NCBI GenBank assembly: GCA_937952285.1
Contig: CALFZE010000124.1
Coordinates: 36,649 to 100,648, forward strand
Length of the DNA: 64,000 nt
Direction: 5' to 3'
Source: an uncultured Bacteriovoracaceae bacterium
GTDB taxonomy: Bacteria > Bdellovibrionota > UBA2428
Below are positions 26,748-36,044 of the stretch, piece by piece. Position 1 is the stretch's first letter. Every line of letters begins with the position of its first letter. The notes beneath the pieces are model-generated. The model did not search any database and was not told where the DNA came from. It saw only the letters and a program-made list of their open reading frames with translations. Made by a program: the position numbers and the translations under genes.

Positions 26748-27755
26748 ATGTCGAGCGGCAAGAAACGCATCCTTCTCCTTCACACCGGCGGAACCCTCGG
26801 AATGACGCTTTCGGGGCAACCCGACGACAGCGCCCGCTTCGTCGATTCGCTCCGCCAGCACGCGCCGCGGATCTTCGAGATCGCCGATCTCCACGTCGAG
26901 ATTCTCTTCAACAAGGACTCCTCGAACATGGTTCCGGGAGACTGGCTCAAAGTCGCGCGGGCGCTCTCCCAACGCATGAGCGAGTGGGATGGGTTCGTCG
27001 TCACGCACGGCACCGACACGATGGTCTTCACGGCTTCGGCGCTGAGCTACATGCTTCCGTCGCCCTCGAAGCCGATCGTCATGACCGGTTCCCAGCGCCC
27101 GATGGCCGACGCCAAGTCCGACGCCGCCCGCAACCTCATCGCCGCCGTCGAGATCGCGTGCGAGGCCCGCGTGAAGGAAGTCACGATCTTCTTCGACAGC
27201 TACCTGCTCCGCGGAAACCGCGCGAAGAAAGTCTCGATCCCGAGTTTCCAGGCTTTCGAGAGCCCAAACCTTCCGCCCCTCGCGCGCGTCGGCCTTCGCA
27301 CGGACTACGTGCCGGCTCCTTATCCCTCGATCGAGTCGAATCCGGACTTCCGCATCGAAACGCGCGTCGCCGCGCTCGCGCTCTTTCCGGGCATGGACAT
27401 CGAGCTCTTCTACGGTCTCATCGACAAGGGCGTCCGCGGGCTCGTGTTGAAGGCCTTCGGCCCGGGCGATATCCCGCTCGGCGAGCATTCCGTGGTCCAC
27501 CTCATCCGCGCGCTCACGGAGAAGGGTATTCCCACCGTCATTTGCTCACAGGCGCTCTTCGGCGCCGTCGACCTGAACCTCTACGAAACGGGACGCGCGG
27601 CCGCGACCGCGGGCGCGATTTCGGCGGGCGACATGACCTGGGAAGCCGCGCTCGTGAAGATGATGGTCCTGCTCGGACGCGGCTACCCGCTCGGCGCTTT
27701 CCGCGCCGCCTTCCGCAAGAACCTCGCGGGCGAACTGACCGAGGAGTTGATGTGA
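26748..27755 (+). CDS. ansA: L-asparaginase (type I family)
   Basis: HTGGTLGM and HGTDTM motifs. Confidence 0.8.
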   Translation: MSSGKKRILLLHTGGTLGMTLSGQPDDSARFVDSLRQHAPRIFEIADLHVEILFNKDSSNMVPGDWLKVARALSQRMSEWDGFVVTHGTDTMVFTASALSYMLPSPSKPIVMTGSQRPMADAKSDAARNLIAAVEIACEARVKEVTIFFDSYLLRGNRAKKVSIPSFQAFESPNLPPLARVGLRTDYVPAPYPSIESNPDFRIETRVAALALFPGMDIELFYGLIDKGVRGLVLKAFGPGDIPLGEHSVVHLIRALTEKGIPTVICSQALFGAVDLNLYETGRAAATAGAISAGDMTWEAALVKMMVLLGRGYPLGAFRAAFRKNLAGELTEELM

Positions 27756-28600
27756 TGGAATTGTCCGAACGTCTCAAGGCGCTTTGCGATATCGTCGAGT
27801 CCGCCACGCCCTTGCTGCTCGAAGGCTACGCGCGCGTGCCGGGTGCGGATCCGCTGCGTCGTGAGCACCTCGGAATCCAAACCAAGAAATCCGTGAAGGA
27901 TCTCGTCACGGTCTTCGACCAACGGGTCGAAGCCTTCCTCACGGCCGAGCTCGCGCGCCGCTTTCCGGGCGAAGCGATCGTCGGCGAGGAAGCCGTGGCG
28001 GCGTCGGGTCGCTCCGTGCGCGAAACCTGCGAACAACACGACGCCTTCTGGATCATCGATCCGATCGACGGCACGACGAACTATTCGCGCGCCTACCCCT
28101 TCTTCTGTTCGACCGTGGCTTACATCGAAAAGATCAACGGACGTTACCGTCCCGTCGTCGGTCTCGTCTGGAATCCGGTGACCCGCGAAATGTTCTCGGC
28201 GGCCTTGGGCCAAGGGGCCTGGCTGAACCGTGAACGCCTCAAAGTGACGCAGGTCGTCGAGCCCCACCAAGCCCTTTTAACAACCGGATTTGCTTCGGAA
28301 AGAGCGTCGAGCGGGAACCGCGCATTTGATCTCTTCCGCGACCTGACAAAGATGACCTTGGGTGTTAGACGGGATGGATCTGCGGCTTTGGACCTGGCGT
28401 ATGTTGCGGCGGGTCGAATTGACGCATACTGGGAATGGGGTCTCTCGCCCTGGGACACGGCCGCGGGTTTGCTTCTCGTCGAAGAAGCCGGCGGTAAGGT
28501 GACCCACCATGACGGCGGCGAAATCGACCTTATGACCGGAGAGATCGTAGCATCGAACGGCTCCATCCACGGATGGCTCGTTCAGGAGGTTGGAAAGTGA
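27755..28600 (+). CDS. suhB: Inositol monophosphatase family protein (SuhB/ImpA-like)
   Basis: WIIDPIDGTTNY and WDTAAG motifs. The start overlaps the asparaginase stop. Confidence 0.8.
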   Translation: MELSERLKALCDIVESATPLLLEGYARVPGADPLRREHLGIQTKKSVKDLVTVFDQRVEAFLTAELARRFPGEAIVGEEAVAASGRSVRETCEQHDAFWIIDPIDGTTNYSRAYPFFCSTVAYIEKINGRYRPVVGLVWNPVTREMFSAALGQGAWLNRERLKVTQVVEPHQALLTTGFASERASSGNRAFDLFRDLTKMTLGVRRDGSAALDLAYVAAGRIDAYWEWGLSPWDTAAGLLLVEEAGGKVTHHDGGEIDLMTGEIVASNGSIHGWLVQEVGK

Positions 28601-28620
28601 TCGAGACCAAGAAAAAGGGC

Positions 28621-28908
28621 ATGAACCAGCACGACATCAAGCAGGAGCTGGTGAACTTCACGCGCGAAGCCGACCTTCGTAACGCTCCCATGTGGCTCAA
28701 GGACGCCATCAAGGCTTGGGTCGAAGCCGTCGAGCTCAACCAAGATGAATTCGGCTACTACAACGCCGACAAGGTGAAGGTCACGGCTCGCACGGACTAC
28801 CTTTCGCTCGATACCCTGCTCGAGACCGACGAGAACTACGACAAATTCCGCGACTGGTTCAACCGCCAGCGCGCTCGTTTCGATCGCTCGTCGAACGCCG
28901 CCCGCTAA
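28621..28908 (+). CDS. Hypothetical small protein (95 aa)
   Basis: MNQHDIKQELVNF.... No recognisable family. Followed by a GC-rich hairpin at about 28921..28946. Confidence 0.4.
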   Translation: MNQHDIKQELVNFTREADLRNAPMWLKDAIKAWVEAVELNQDEFGYYNADKVKVTARTDYLSLDTLLETDENYDKFRDWFNRQRARFDRSSNAAR

Positions 28909-28984
28909 AATCTTCTCCTCGGACGCCCCGTTCCAAGGGCGTCCGATTCATCCCGCGCCTCGGTGGCCGGATTCAACGCCCAAA

Positions 28985-30523
28985 TCAGAACGAATGCGAA
29001 TAGGCCGCGTGAAAGAGACTCGACGTTAAGAGCGTCGAGAGCGAACGCGTCGTCCGCGTGCCAAGCCCCTCGAACGACGAATTGCTGCGCACGAAACTAA
29101 GCCCGGCCGAAAGCTTCGATTCGGCATTCAGCCGATAGGTCGCTCCCGCATCGAAGGTCCAGTTCACGCTATCCGCGTAGGCACCACCCGTTTTGGGCGA
29201 CTCTTGCAGATTCACGCTGAAGCTCCGGACCCCGCGAAAGTAAGCCCCGATATCCCGAAGCACGGGCACGCTGAGCGCCAGCTGGAGGTCGAGACCCGAG
29301 TAGGTTTTCGACGAAGGGGCCACCACGCTCGAGGTCGAGTCCAGCGAGTAAGCAAGACGCCCGTAGCCGCCGCCGAGCTCCAAGTAGCCCAGGCCTTCCG
29401 AATCCTCGATGAAGATGATTCGGTAAGCGCCGTAAGTGCGCAGGGCCGTCGAGCTGCCGCCGATGGCCGAGCCCGCGGCGTAGACGGCCGGAGGCCGACC
29501 GAAATTCATGAAGGCGTAAGCACCTTCCAAGCCCACCAACCACTCGCGGGTCAGGTAAAGTCGAGTCGCGAGCTCGAAGCCCTGCGTGAAGCCCGACATT
29601 TCGAGCGCATCGGTGCCACCTTCGACGCTCTCCGTGTGGCGACTGATCCCCGAAAGCGCCCGCAGCGAAACGTCCAAGAGACGTCCCGACGAGAAGAGCC
29701 CTTCTTCCGCGGAAGGCTCGGCCACGGGCGACGGCGCGACGGCCTCGGACGGACTCGGCGTGGCCGCCGCAGCCGTTTGGGCCACCACGCGCACGAGATA
29801 GCGATCGCCGAGCTGAATCGGATCGAGGCTCGACTCGCTCTCGACGCGCGCGATGCTTTGTTCGCCGACCGATTGAACGACGGCTTGGCCCGAAACGCTC
29901 GACTCGATACCGAGCAAAGTGCGCAACGTGGGGTGACGGCGGATTTCCTGCAAACGCCGCAGCTCGAGACGATCGCCGACCTTGAGCCCCTCCTGCACTC
30001 CGCCTTCCAGGGTCAAGGTCCCCAGGTCACGGGCGACGACGTAACCGCGGCCCGGAATGCGACGCCAGATATCGCGTACCCACTCGACGAGGCGCTGTTT
30101 ACGCGTGGCCTCTTCGCCGGGGCCGGCTTCCGGAAGTCCGAGCGTCTCGTAGTAGAGGGGCTGACCGTCGAGCGTCGAGTACCAGCGCATGTCGATCTGA
30201 ACGCCGCGACGAATCAAATGGACGATCCCATCCACCTTGTACCGAAGGCCAAGGCTACGCACGGCGCCGGCCGAATACCACGGGAAGTCCGCCGGAACCT
30301 CGACGGGAACGAGCGGACCCGCTTTTTGCGTGACCCAGCGAACGCGACCCCGCGCGACGAACTGATCCATGATCTGCGCTACGGTCATATCGTCCGGGTA
30401 AGCCTGCCCCGCGCCGCGGACGAGAAGGATCTGGCGCTGATCAAAGGGCCAAGGATCCGCGGCCCAGGACCGTCCGCTCAACAAAAAAAGACACAGGGCT
30501 CCGAAAACTCCTAAGCGCCGCAT
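28985..30523 (-). CDS. Secreted protein with C-terminal outer-membrane beta-barrel-like domain (512 aa)
   Basis: Real start at the internal MRRLGVFGALCLFLLSGRSWAADP (ATG 30521-30523). The upstream 357 aa of the 869-aa track ORF is antisense to the LptA-like gene. The C-terminus ends SHSF. Confidence 0.55.
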   Translation of the reverse strand: MRRLGVFGALCLFLLSGRSWAADPWPFDQRQILLVRGAGQAYPDDMTVAQIMDQFVARGRVRWVTQKAGPLVPVEVPADFPWYSAGAVRSLGLRYKVDGIVHLIRRGVQIDMRWYSTLDGQPLYYETLGLPEAGPGEEATRKQRLVEWVRDIWRRIPGRGYVVARDLGTLTLEGGVQEGLKVGDRLELRRLQEIRRHPTLRTLLGIESSVSGQAVVQSVGEQSIARVESESSLDPIQLGDRYLVRVVAQTAAAATPSPSEAVAPSPVAEPSAEEGLFSSGRLLDVSLRALSGISRHTESVEGGTDALEMSGFTQGFELATRLYLTREWLVGLEGAYAFMNFGRPPAVYAAGSAIGGSSTALRTYGAYRIIFIEDSEGLGYLELGGGYGRLAYSLDSTSSVVAPSSKTYSGLDLQLALSVPVLRDIGAYFRGVRSFSVNLQESPKTGGAYADSVNWTFDAGATYRLNAESKLSAGLSFVRSNSSFEGLGTRTTRSLSTLLTSSLFHAAYSHSF

Positions 30524-30589
30524 ATCCGCATTGTAGGTCGGCTTTCGGATGCCCGAAAGGGCGAAGGCTTTGCTAAAGTCTTTCTCTCG

Positions 30590-31702
30590 ATGATGGAATT
30601 CCGCGGTCGGCGATCTTCGGTCCTGCTTTTCTCGCTTCTGACGATTCCCGCGCGCCAACCTAACGTCGAGATCCGCGGTTTCAACTTCGTCGAAGCCAAG
30701 CAAAACAAAAAATCGATGGAGATCCGCGCCGCCGCCGCGGACGTGTACAAACCCGAGGACCTCATGGTGCTCAAGGAGCCGCTGACCTTGCTGTGGAGCA
30801 AGGAGCGCGCTCCCTACCGCGTGAACGGGGCGGTCGGCGTGCTCAAGACGGCGACCCGCGATCTCGAAGTGCGGGGCGGCTCGCAGCTGCTGAGCCCGGA
30901 CGAGCTCCTCTTCGTCACGGAGAAGCTCCGCTACGATCCCGCCGCGAACGACTTCTTGAGCGACGAAAGCGTCGAAGTTCGACGCCTCCGGATGAACTCC
31001 GACGCCGCCTTCAAACTTGCCGGCCAGGGGCTCCGTATCGACCTGGACCGCTCGCTCTACGAAATCCACTCGAAAGTCCGCGCGAGCCAACGCGTTTCTT
31101 CGGCGAGCAACTTCCTCGTGACTTCGCGACGCGCGGAAATCACGCCCGAACTTCGGCAGGCTTATTTCTACGGAAGCGTCGACGTCCGCTCGAAGTACCT
31201 TTCCTTGCGCGGCGACGAGCTCACCATCCATTTCAAGGACAACAAACCCTCGAAGCTCGTCATGGTCGGCCGCGGACGCAATCCCAAGATCCAAGCGACG
31301 ATGGGCAAACTCAAGCTCATCTCGCAGGGCCTCGACGTAACCCTCGGGCCCTCGGGAGAGATGGAGCGCAGCGAAGCCAAGGGATCCGTCGACGCGATTT
31401 TCGACGACGGAACCAAGTTCGTGGCCGAGCGTCTCGTCTCCGTAAAGGAGAACGGCCAGTCCGTCTTTATCCTCGAAGGCCAGGTGAATATCTTCACGGG
31501 CGAGCGCACCGCCACGAGCGAGTTCGCGCGCTTCTACCCCGATACGGGCGATATCCACCTGGAGCGGGTCGCCGCCGTCAAGAAAGGCGATCAACTCATC
31601 GAGGGAGAGCGGATCCGCTTCTCGACCAAGAACTCCGAGGTTCGAGTCGAGAAGGCGAAAGGCCGGGTCGGTCGTCAGGATCTCGGCCTCGGCGGTCGCT
31701 AA
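30590..31702 (+). CDS. LptC/LptA (OstA-like) beta-jellyroll periplasmic protein
   Basis: 370 aa. N-terminal TM then an LptC-like region, and an OstA_N-like C-terminus (LSLRGDELTIHFKDNKPSKLVMVG, ERVAAVKKGDQLIEGERIRF). Confidence 0.5.
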   Translation: MMEFRGRRSSVLLFSLLTIPARQPNVEIRGFNFVEAKQNKKSMEIRAAAADVYKPEDLMVLKEPLTLLWSKERAPYRVNGAVGVLKTATRDLEVRGGSQLLSPDELLFVTEKLRYDPAANDFLSDESVEVRRLRMNSDAAFKLAGQGLRIDLDRSLYEIHSKVRASQRVSSASNFLVTSRRAEITPELRQAYFYGSVDVRSKYLSLRGDELTIHFKDNKPSKLVMVGRGRNPKIQATMGKLKLISQGLDVTLGPSGEMERSEAKGSVDAIFDDGTKFVAERLVSVKENGQSVFILEGQVNIFTGERTATSEFARFYPDTGDIHLERVAAVKKGDQLIEGERIRFSTKNSEVRVEKAKGRVGRQDLGLGGR

Positions 31703-31722
31703 GAAAGTCAGGAGAAAGCAAC

Positions 31723-32199
31723 ATGCTCAAGCAACTCTTCGGCAGCGGACTCAAAGTCGGCGACGCGGCCCCCGATTTCTCCGGACGGGACCAGGAGGGC
31801 CGCGCCCGCGCGCTGAGCGATTACCGCGGACGCTGGCTCGTCCTGTACTTCTATCCGAAAGACGATACGCCAGGCTGCACGGCCGAAGCCTGCAGCTTCC
31901 GCGACGACCGAAGCGAGCTCGAGAAGATGGGCGCTTCGGTGCTGGGCGTAAGCGTGGACGACGCCGCTTCCCACGAAAAATTCTCACAGAAGCATGGGCT
32001 CAACTTTCCCATCATCGCCGATCCGGACAAGACGATCACGAAGGCCTACCAAAGCCTTTCGCCCCTCGGCGTCGCGAATCGGGTGACCTTCCTGATCGAT
32101 CCCGAAGGCCGAATTCGCGACCTCATCGCGTGGGCGCCCTGGTCGAGCTACGCGAAAACCGTCGCCAAACGACTCGGTCGGCTCTTGGGCGAGGCTTGA
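31723..32199 (+). CDS. bcp: Peroxiredoxin (Bcp/thiol peroxidase family)
   Basis: FYPKDDTPGCT peroxidatic-Cys motif. SD AGGAGAAAG. Start at MLKQLFGSG. Confidence 0.85.
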   Translation: MLKQLFGSGLKVGDAAPDFSGRDQEGRARALSDYRGRWLVLYFYPKDDTPGCTAEACSFRDDRSELEKMGASVLGVSVDDAASHEKFSQKHGLNFPIIADPDKTITKAYQSLSPLGVANRVTFLIDPEGRIRDLIAWAPWSSYAKTVAKRLGRLLGEA

Positions 32200-32254
32200 G
32201 CGCGGCCGCCGGCGTTCATTTCGCTACGCGCGCCAAGCCTGCTAGACTGGACGC

Positions 32255-33283
32255 ATGACGCTGACTCAACTTCTCGTCGTCGCGGCTTTAACCCTCTCCT
32301 CCGCTGGCGCCGCGGCCCAGACGCGGGCCAAACCCAGGCCGTCGCCCAAACCTAAAGTCCTCCCGCTCCCCAAGGAAACCGTCGCCGAAACGCTCGGACT
32401 CGAACGGGGCGAAGCGGATCTCGTCGCGCCGATCGAAAAACTCTCCCCCGCGAACGGAGCGGACGCCCCCGAAGAAACGGAACGCGCCGAAAGTCCGCGC
32501 CCCGTGAGCCGTCCCATCATCTCGGGCCCCACGCGGCCGAAGCGCGCGACGCCGGCCCGCGCCAATGCCCCCACTCCCACTCCGACCCCGACGATCGTGA
32601 ACAACGACGCGGACGACGATCGGCCGCCCGCGCCGATCTCTTCTTCGATCGACGTCTACGCCGACGATGAACGTCCGATGGTCCCCACCGTCAATACCGA
32701 TCCGGCGCCGGTCTCGTCGGGCGCCTGGGGTCGGATACGCGTCCGAAACTCGAATGAAAAGTTCGGGGAGCGCATTGCCGTGGCGCCGCGCGTCCACTTC
32801 GGCGTTCACGCGGTCGCTTCGCGTTGGCGCCAAATCGCTCCGAGCGTTCCCAACGGAAGTCTCGCTTTCGAGATCGGAGCCTCGCGCGAATTCGCGTCGG
32901 GATTGGAAGGTCGCCTCGGTTTCTTGCTCATGCGTGCCTCGACCAATTCCACCGACCGCGAGAACGTGGGCGCCTTCACGGTGAACGCGGACCTTCGCGT
33001 TTTCCCCTGGGGTCCTTCGTCGTTCCGCCCCTTCGGTGAACTCGGCCTGGCCTTCGGCGAATACCTTGCCTGGAGCGTCATGGCCGAGAACGAAGAGATC
33101 GTTATCTTTCGCAAGAACTCGAATGGACTGCTCTTCGGCCTGCGGCCGGCGTTGGGGATGAGATTTGCCGTCACCGACCAGATCGCGACCGATCTCCGGG
33201 TCGGCTACGACGCCTTCTTCGACAATCCCAACTACCGCATCGGCGGCTGGATCGCGGGCGTGAACCTGAGCCTTACCCGCTGA
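32255..33283 (+). CDS. Secreted protein with Pro-rich linker and C-terminal beta-barrel-like domain
   Basis: Signal peptide ending SAGAAAQ, PSPKPK repeats, C-terminal alternating-hydrophobic strands. Confidence 0.5.
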   Translation: MTLTQLLVVAALTLSSAGAAAQTRAKPRPSPKPKVLPLPKETVAETLGLERGEADLVAPIEKLSPANGADAPEETERAESPRPVSRPIISGPTRPKRATPARANAPTPTPTPTIVNNDADDDRPPAPISSSIDVYADDERPMVPTVNTDPAPVSSGAWGRIRVRNSNEKFGERIAVAPRVHFGVHAVASRWRQIAPSVPNGSLAFEIGASREFASGLEGRLGFLLMRASTNSTDRENVGAFTVNADLRVFPWGPSSFRPFGELGLAFGEYLAWSVMAENEEIVIFRKNSNGLLFGLRPALGMRFAVTDQIATDLRVGYDAFFDNPNYRIGGWIAGVNLSLTR

Positions 33284-35546
33284 GGGTCAGCTCCATCCTT
33301 CCGCCCCACCACTTCTCGATCATCCGTCGCAACGGGCGATTCTCGAGACGCTCGAGGCGGGGATCCTCGTCCAAAATCGCCCGCGCTTCGCGGCGCGCGA
33401 CCTCGAGCACGTTCAAATCGCGCAGGATGTGCGCCACGCGAAAGCCCGGTAGGCCGCTCTGACGACGCCCCAGGAACTCGCCCGGACCGCGGATCTCGAG
33501 ATCCTTCTCGGCGATGTAGAATCCATCCTCGGAATTTTCCATCACGCCGAGTCGCTCGCGCACCGACTCCGAAGGATTATCCGAGGACAAGAGCACGCAG
33601 AAGCTTTCCTTCGCGCCCCGGCCCACGCGACCGCGGAGCTGGTGGAGCTGCGAAAGACCGAAGCGCTCGGCGTGTTCGATCACGATGACCGAGGCGTTGG
33701 GCACGTCCACGCCGACTTCGATGACGGTGGTCGCCACGAGGATGCGCGTCTCGCCGGCCGAAAATGCGCGCATCGCCTTGTCCTTCTCGGCGGCTTTCAT
33801 TCGCCCGTGCAGAAGGCCGATCGGCGTCGCGGGGAAGCGCGCGCGCCACTCGTCGAAGGCCGTCTTCACGTCCTTCAAATCGAGTTCCTCGGATTCTTCC
33901 ACGAGCGGATAGACGAGGTAAATCTGCCGGCCTTCCTCGAGGAACTGACCGAGCCGATGCACGAGGGCGTCGAAAGCACGGCGCTTCACGACATGGGTGC
34001 GGATTGGGATACGCCCCGGGGGCTTCTCCTTCACGAGACTCACGGAAAGATCGCCGTAAAGAGTCAACGCCAGCGAACGGGGGATGGGCGTGGCCGTCAT
34101 CACGAGCAAGTGCGGCGTGAGTCCCGTGGCCTGGTGCTTGAGACCGAGCCGCTGCTCGACGCCGAAGCGGTGCTGTTCGTCGATGATGACGAAGGCGAGC
34201 TTCTCGAAAACCGTCGTGTCCGTGAGCAGCGCCTGCGTACCGATGACGAAGCGGCTTTCGCCGCGTTCCAACTTCTCGCGCACCTCGCGCTTGGTCTTCG
34301 CGGTGAGCGCGCCCTTGAGCAGGATGGCTTCGTGCGCCCGCTCGGGGAAGAGGCGCGCGAAGTTCGCGAAATGCTGGTTCGCGAGGATCTCGGTCGGCGC
34401 CATGAGCGCGACCTGGTAACCCGCGTCCATGACGGCCAGCGCCGAGAGGAACGCGACGATCGTCTTGCCCGCGCCCACGTCGCCCTGGAGCAATCGGTGC
34501 ATGGGGATGCGTTCTCGCGCGCAGCTCAAGTCGTGCGCGATATCCTCGAGCCCACGTCGTTGGTCACCCGTCAGGCGGAAAGGAAGCTTCGCCTCGGCTT
34601 CGTCCAACCACGCGGGACGGAACGCGATTGCCGGCACCCGGTCCGCCGCGCGATCCTGCACGACCCGCCACTCCGAGCGTCGCAGGTGCAACGCGAGCGA
34701 CATCAAGAAGAGCTCTTCGAAGACGACGCGCCGGAAGCATGCGCCGCCGGGGCGCAGCTCCGTCGCGCTCGGATCCCAATGCTTCGGAAAATGCAGCTCG
34801 CGCAGACTCACCGCGAGCGGCGGCAAACCCAGTCGCTCGGTCAATGCGCGCGGCAGGATATCGGGCAGCCGACGCGCGGGAGGAAGATCGAGCGCGTGAA
34901 AAAGAATTTTGCGCAGCGCCTTGGTCGAGACCCCTTGGATCTCGCGGTAGATCGGCGCGAATATTCCTTTTTCCCACTCGGGCGCTTCCGCGCGCGAGTC
35001 GAGGATATCGGGATGCGCGATCTGCAGGCGACCGCGAAAACCCTGAGCCTTCCCCCGAAAAAAGACCGTCGTGCCTTCGGGAAAGCTCTTGTTCCAATGC
35101 CCGCCGAAAGCCTGAAAGAAAACGAAGTGCACGCGCGGACTGAAAACCGTGGCGATCTCGACGTCCTCGGCCTTCGCGTCGGGGCCGAGCAAGCGCACGG
35201 AAGCCTCGAGACGAGCCCGACCACCGGGCCCCATGCGTTGCACGGCCCACTTCTCGATGACCCCACGCGAATACACGGTGTCGCCCGTGAGGGCGGCTTC
35301 TTCGATCGCGGCGTAGTCGTAGAACTTTCGACGATCCTCGTAGGACCGCGGCAAAAGAAAGAGCAAATCCCAGAGCGTACGGATTTCCGCCTTCGCCAAG
35401 AGCTCGGCGAGCTTCTCGCCGACGCCCTTCACGAAGCGAACGTCGAGGTCCCACGCCTCGGCGTTCGCCGCCGTAAGGCTAGTGGTAGGAGATTTCGGCG
35501 ACTTCGTAGGCGATATCGCCTTTGGGAGATCGGACGACGGCTTCAT
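33273..35546 (-). CDS. recG: ATP-dependent DNA helicase RecG
   Basis: GDVGAGKT Walker A, DEQHRFG, wedge-domain region. The annotated start overlaps the greA 3' end by 68 nt, so the true start is probably slightly downstream. Confidence 0.9.
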   Translation of the reverse strand: MKPSSDLPKAISPTKSPKSPTTSLTAANAEAWDLDVRFVKGVGEKLAELLAKAEIRTLWDLLFLLPRSYEDRRKFYDYAAIEEAALTGDTVYSRGVIEKWAVQRMGPGGRARLEASVRLLGPDAKAEDVEIATVFSPRVHFVFFQAFGGHWNKSFPEGTTVFFRGKAQGFRGRLQIAHPDILDSRAEAPEWEKGIFAPIYREIQGVSTKALRKILFHALDLPPARRLPDILPRALTERLGLPPLAVSLRELHFPKHWDPSATELRPGGACFRRVVFEELFLMSLALHLRRSEWRVVQDRAADRVPAIAFRPAWLDEAEAKLPFRLTGDQRRGLEDIAHDLSCARERIPMHRLLQGDVGAGKTIVAFLSALAVMDAGYQVALMAPTEILANQHFANFARLFPERAHEAILLKGALTAKTKREVREKLERGESRFVIGTQALLTDTTVFEKLAFVIIDEQHRFGVEQRLGLKHQATGLTPHLLVMTATPIPRSLALTLYGDLSVSLVKEKPPGRIPIRTHVVKRRAFDALVHRLGQFLEEGRQIYLVYPLVEESEELDLKDVKTAFDEWRARFPATPIGLLHGRMKAAEKDKAMRAFSAGETRILVATTVIEVGVDVPNASVIVIEHAERFGLSQLHQLRGRVGRGAKESFCVLLSSDNPSESVRERLGVMENSEDGFYIAEKDLEIRGPGEFLGRRQSGLPGFRVAHILRDLNVLEVARREARAILDEDPRLERLENRPLRRMIEKWWGGRMELTLSG

Positions 35547-35949
35547 CGCCCTCCTTCTTGCCCAAAAGGGCGCGCGCGATGGGAGAGGTCACGGAAATCT
35601 TGCCTTTGGAAAGGTCCGCCTCGGGTTCGCCGACGATCTGGTAACGGATCTTCTTTCCGTCTTCGTCCGTGATCGTAACCGTCGCCCCGAAAAGAATCTT
35701 GTCCGATTGGATGGTCTTCGGGTCGATGATTTCGGCGCGCGCGAGCTTGTCGCCGATCTCAAGGATGCGGCCTTCGATGAAGCTCTGCTTTTCGCGAGCC
35801 GCCGAATAATCGGCGTTCTCGGAAAGGTCTCCGTTCGCACGGGCCACGGCGATCGCCTCGATAACGTTCGGACGCTCGACGCTCTTCAAATGACGCAGCT
35901 CTTCTTCAAGGGCGCGTTTGCCATCGACCGTAAGGGGGATCTTATCCAT
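35479..35949 (-). CDS. greA: Transcription elongation factor GreA
   Basis: Start at MDKIPLTVDGKRALEEELRHLK. 156 aa. Confidence 0.9.
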   Translation of the reverse strand: MDKIPLTVDGKRALEEELRHLKSVERPNVIEAIAVARANGDLSENADYSAAREKQSFIEGRILEIGDKLARAEIIDPKTIQSDKILFGATVTITDEDGKKIRYQIVGEPEADLSKGKISVTSPIARALLGKKEGDEAVVRSPKGDIAYEVAEISYH

Positions 35950-36044
35950 AGAGGTCGACCCTAATGAAAAGCTCTCGAAAAGAAAAGGAAAACACACCCT
36001 CTCTCGAGGACGCTTCTAAAGGACTTCCATTATGTCGCGCAGCG

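Noticed and set aside
30524-31594. N-terminal 357 aa of the 869-aa minus-strand ORF 28985..31594
   Set aside because: Antisense to the LptC/LptA-like gene. The genuine protein begins at the internal signal peptide MRRLGVFGALCLFLLSG.
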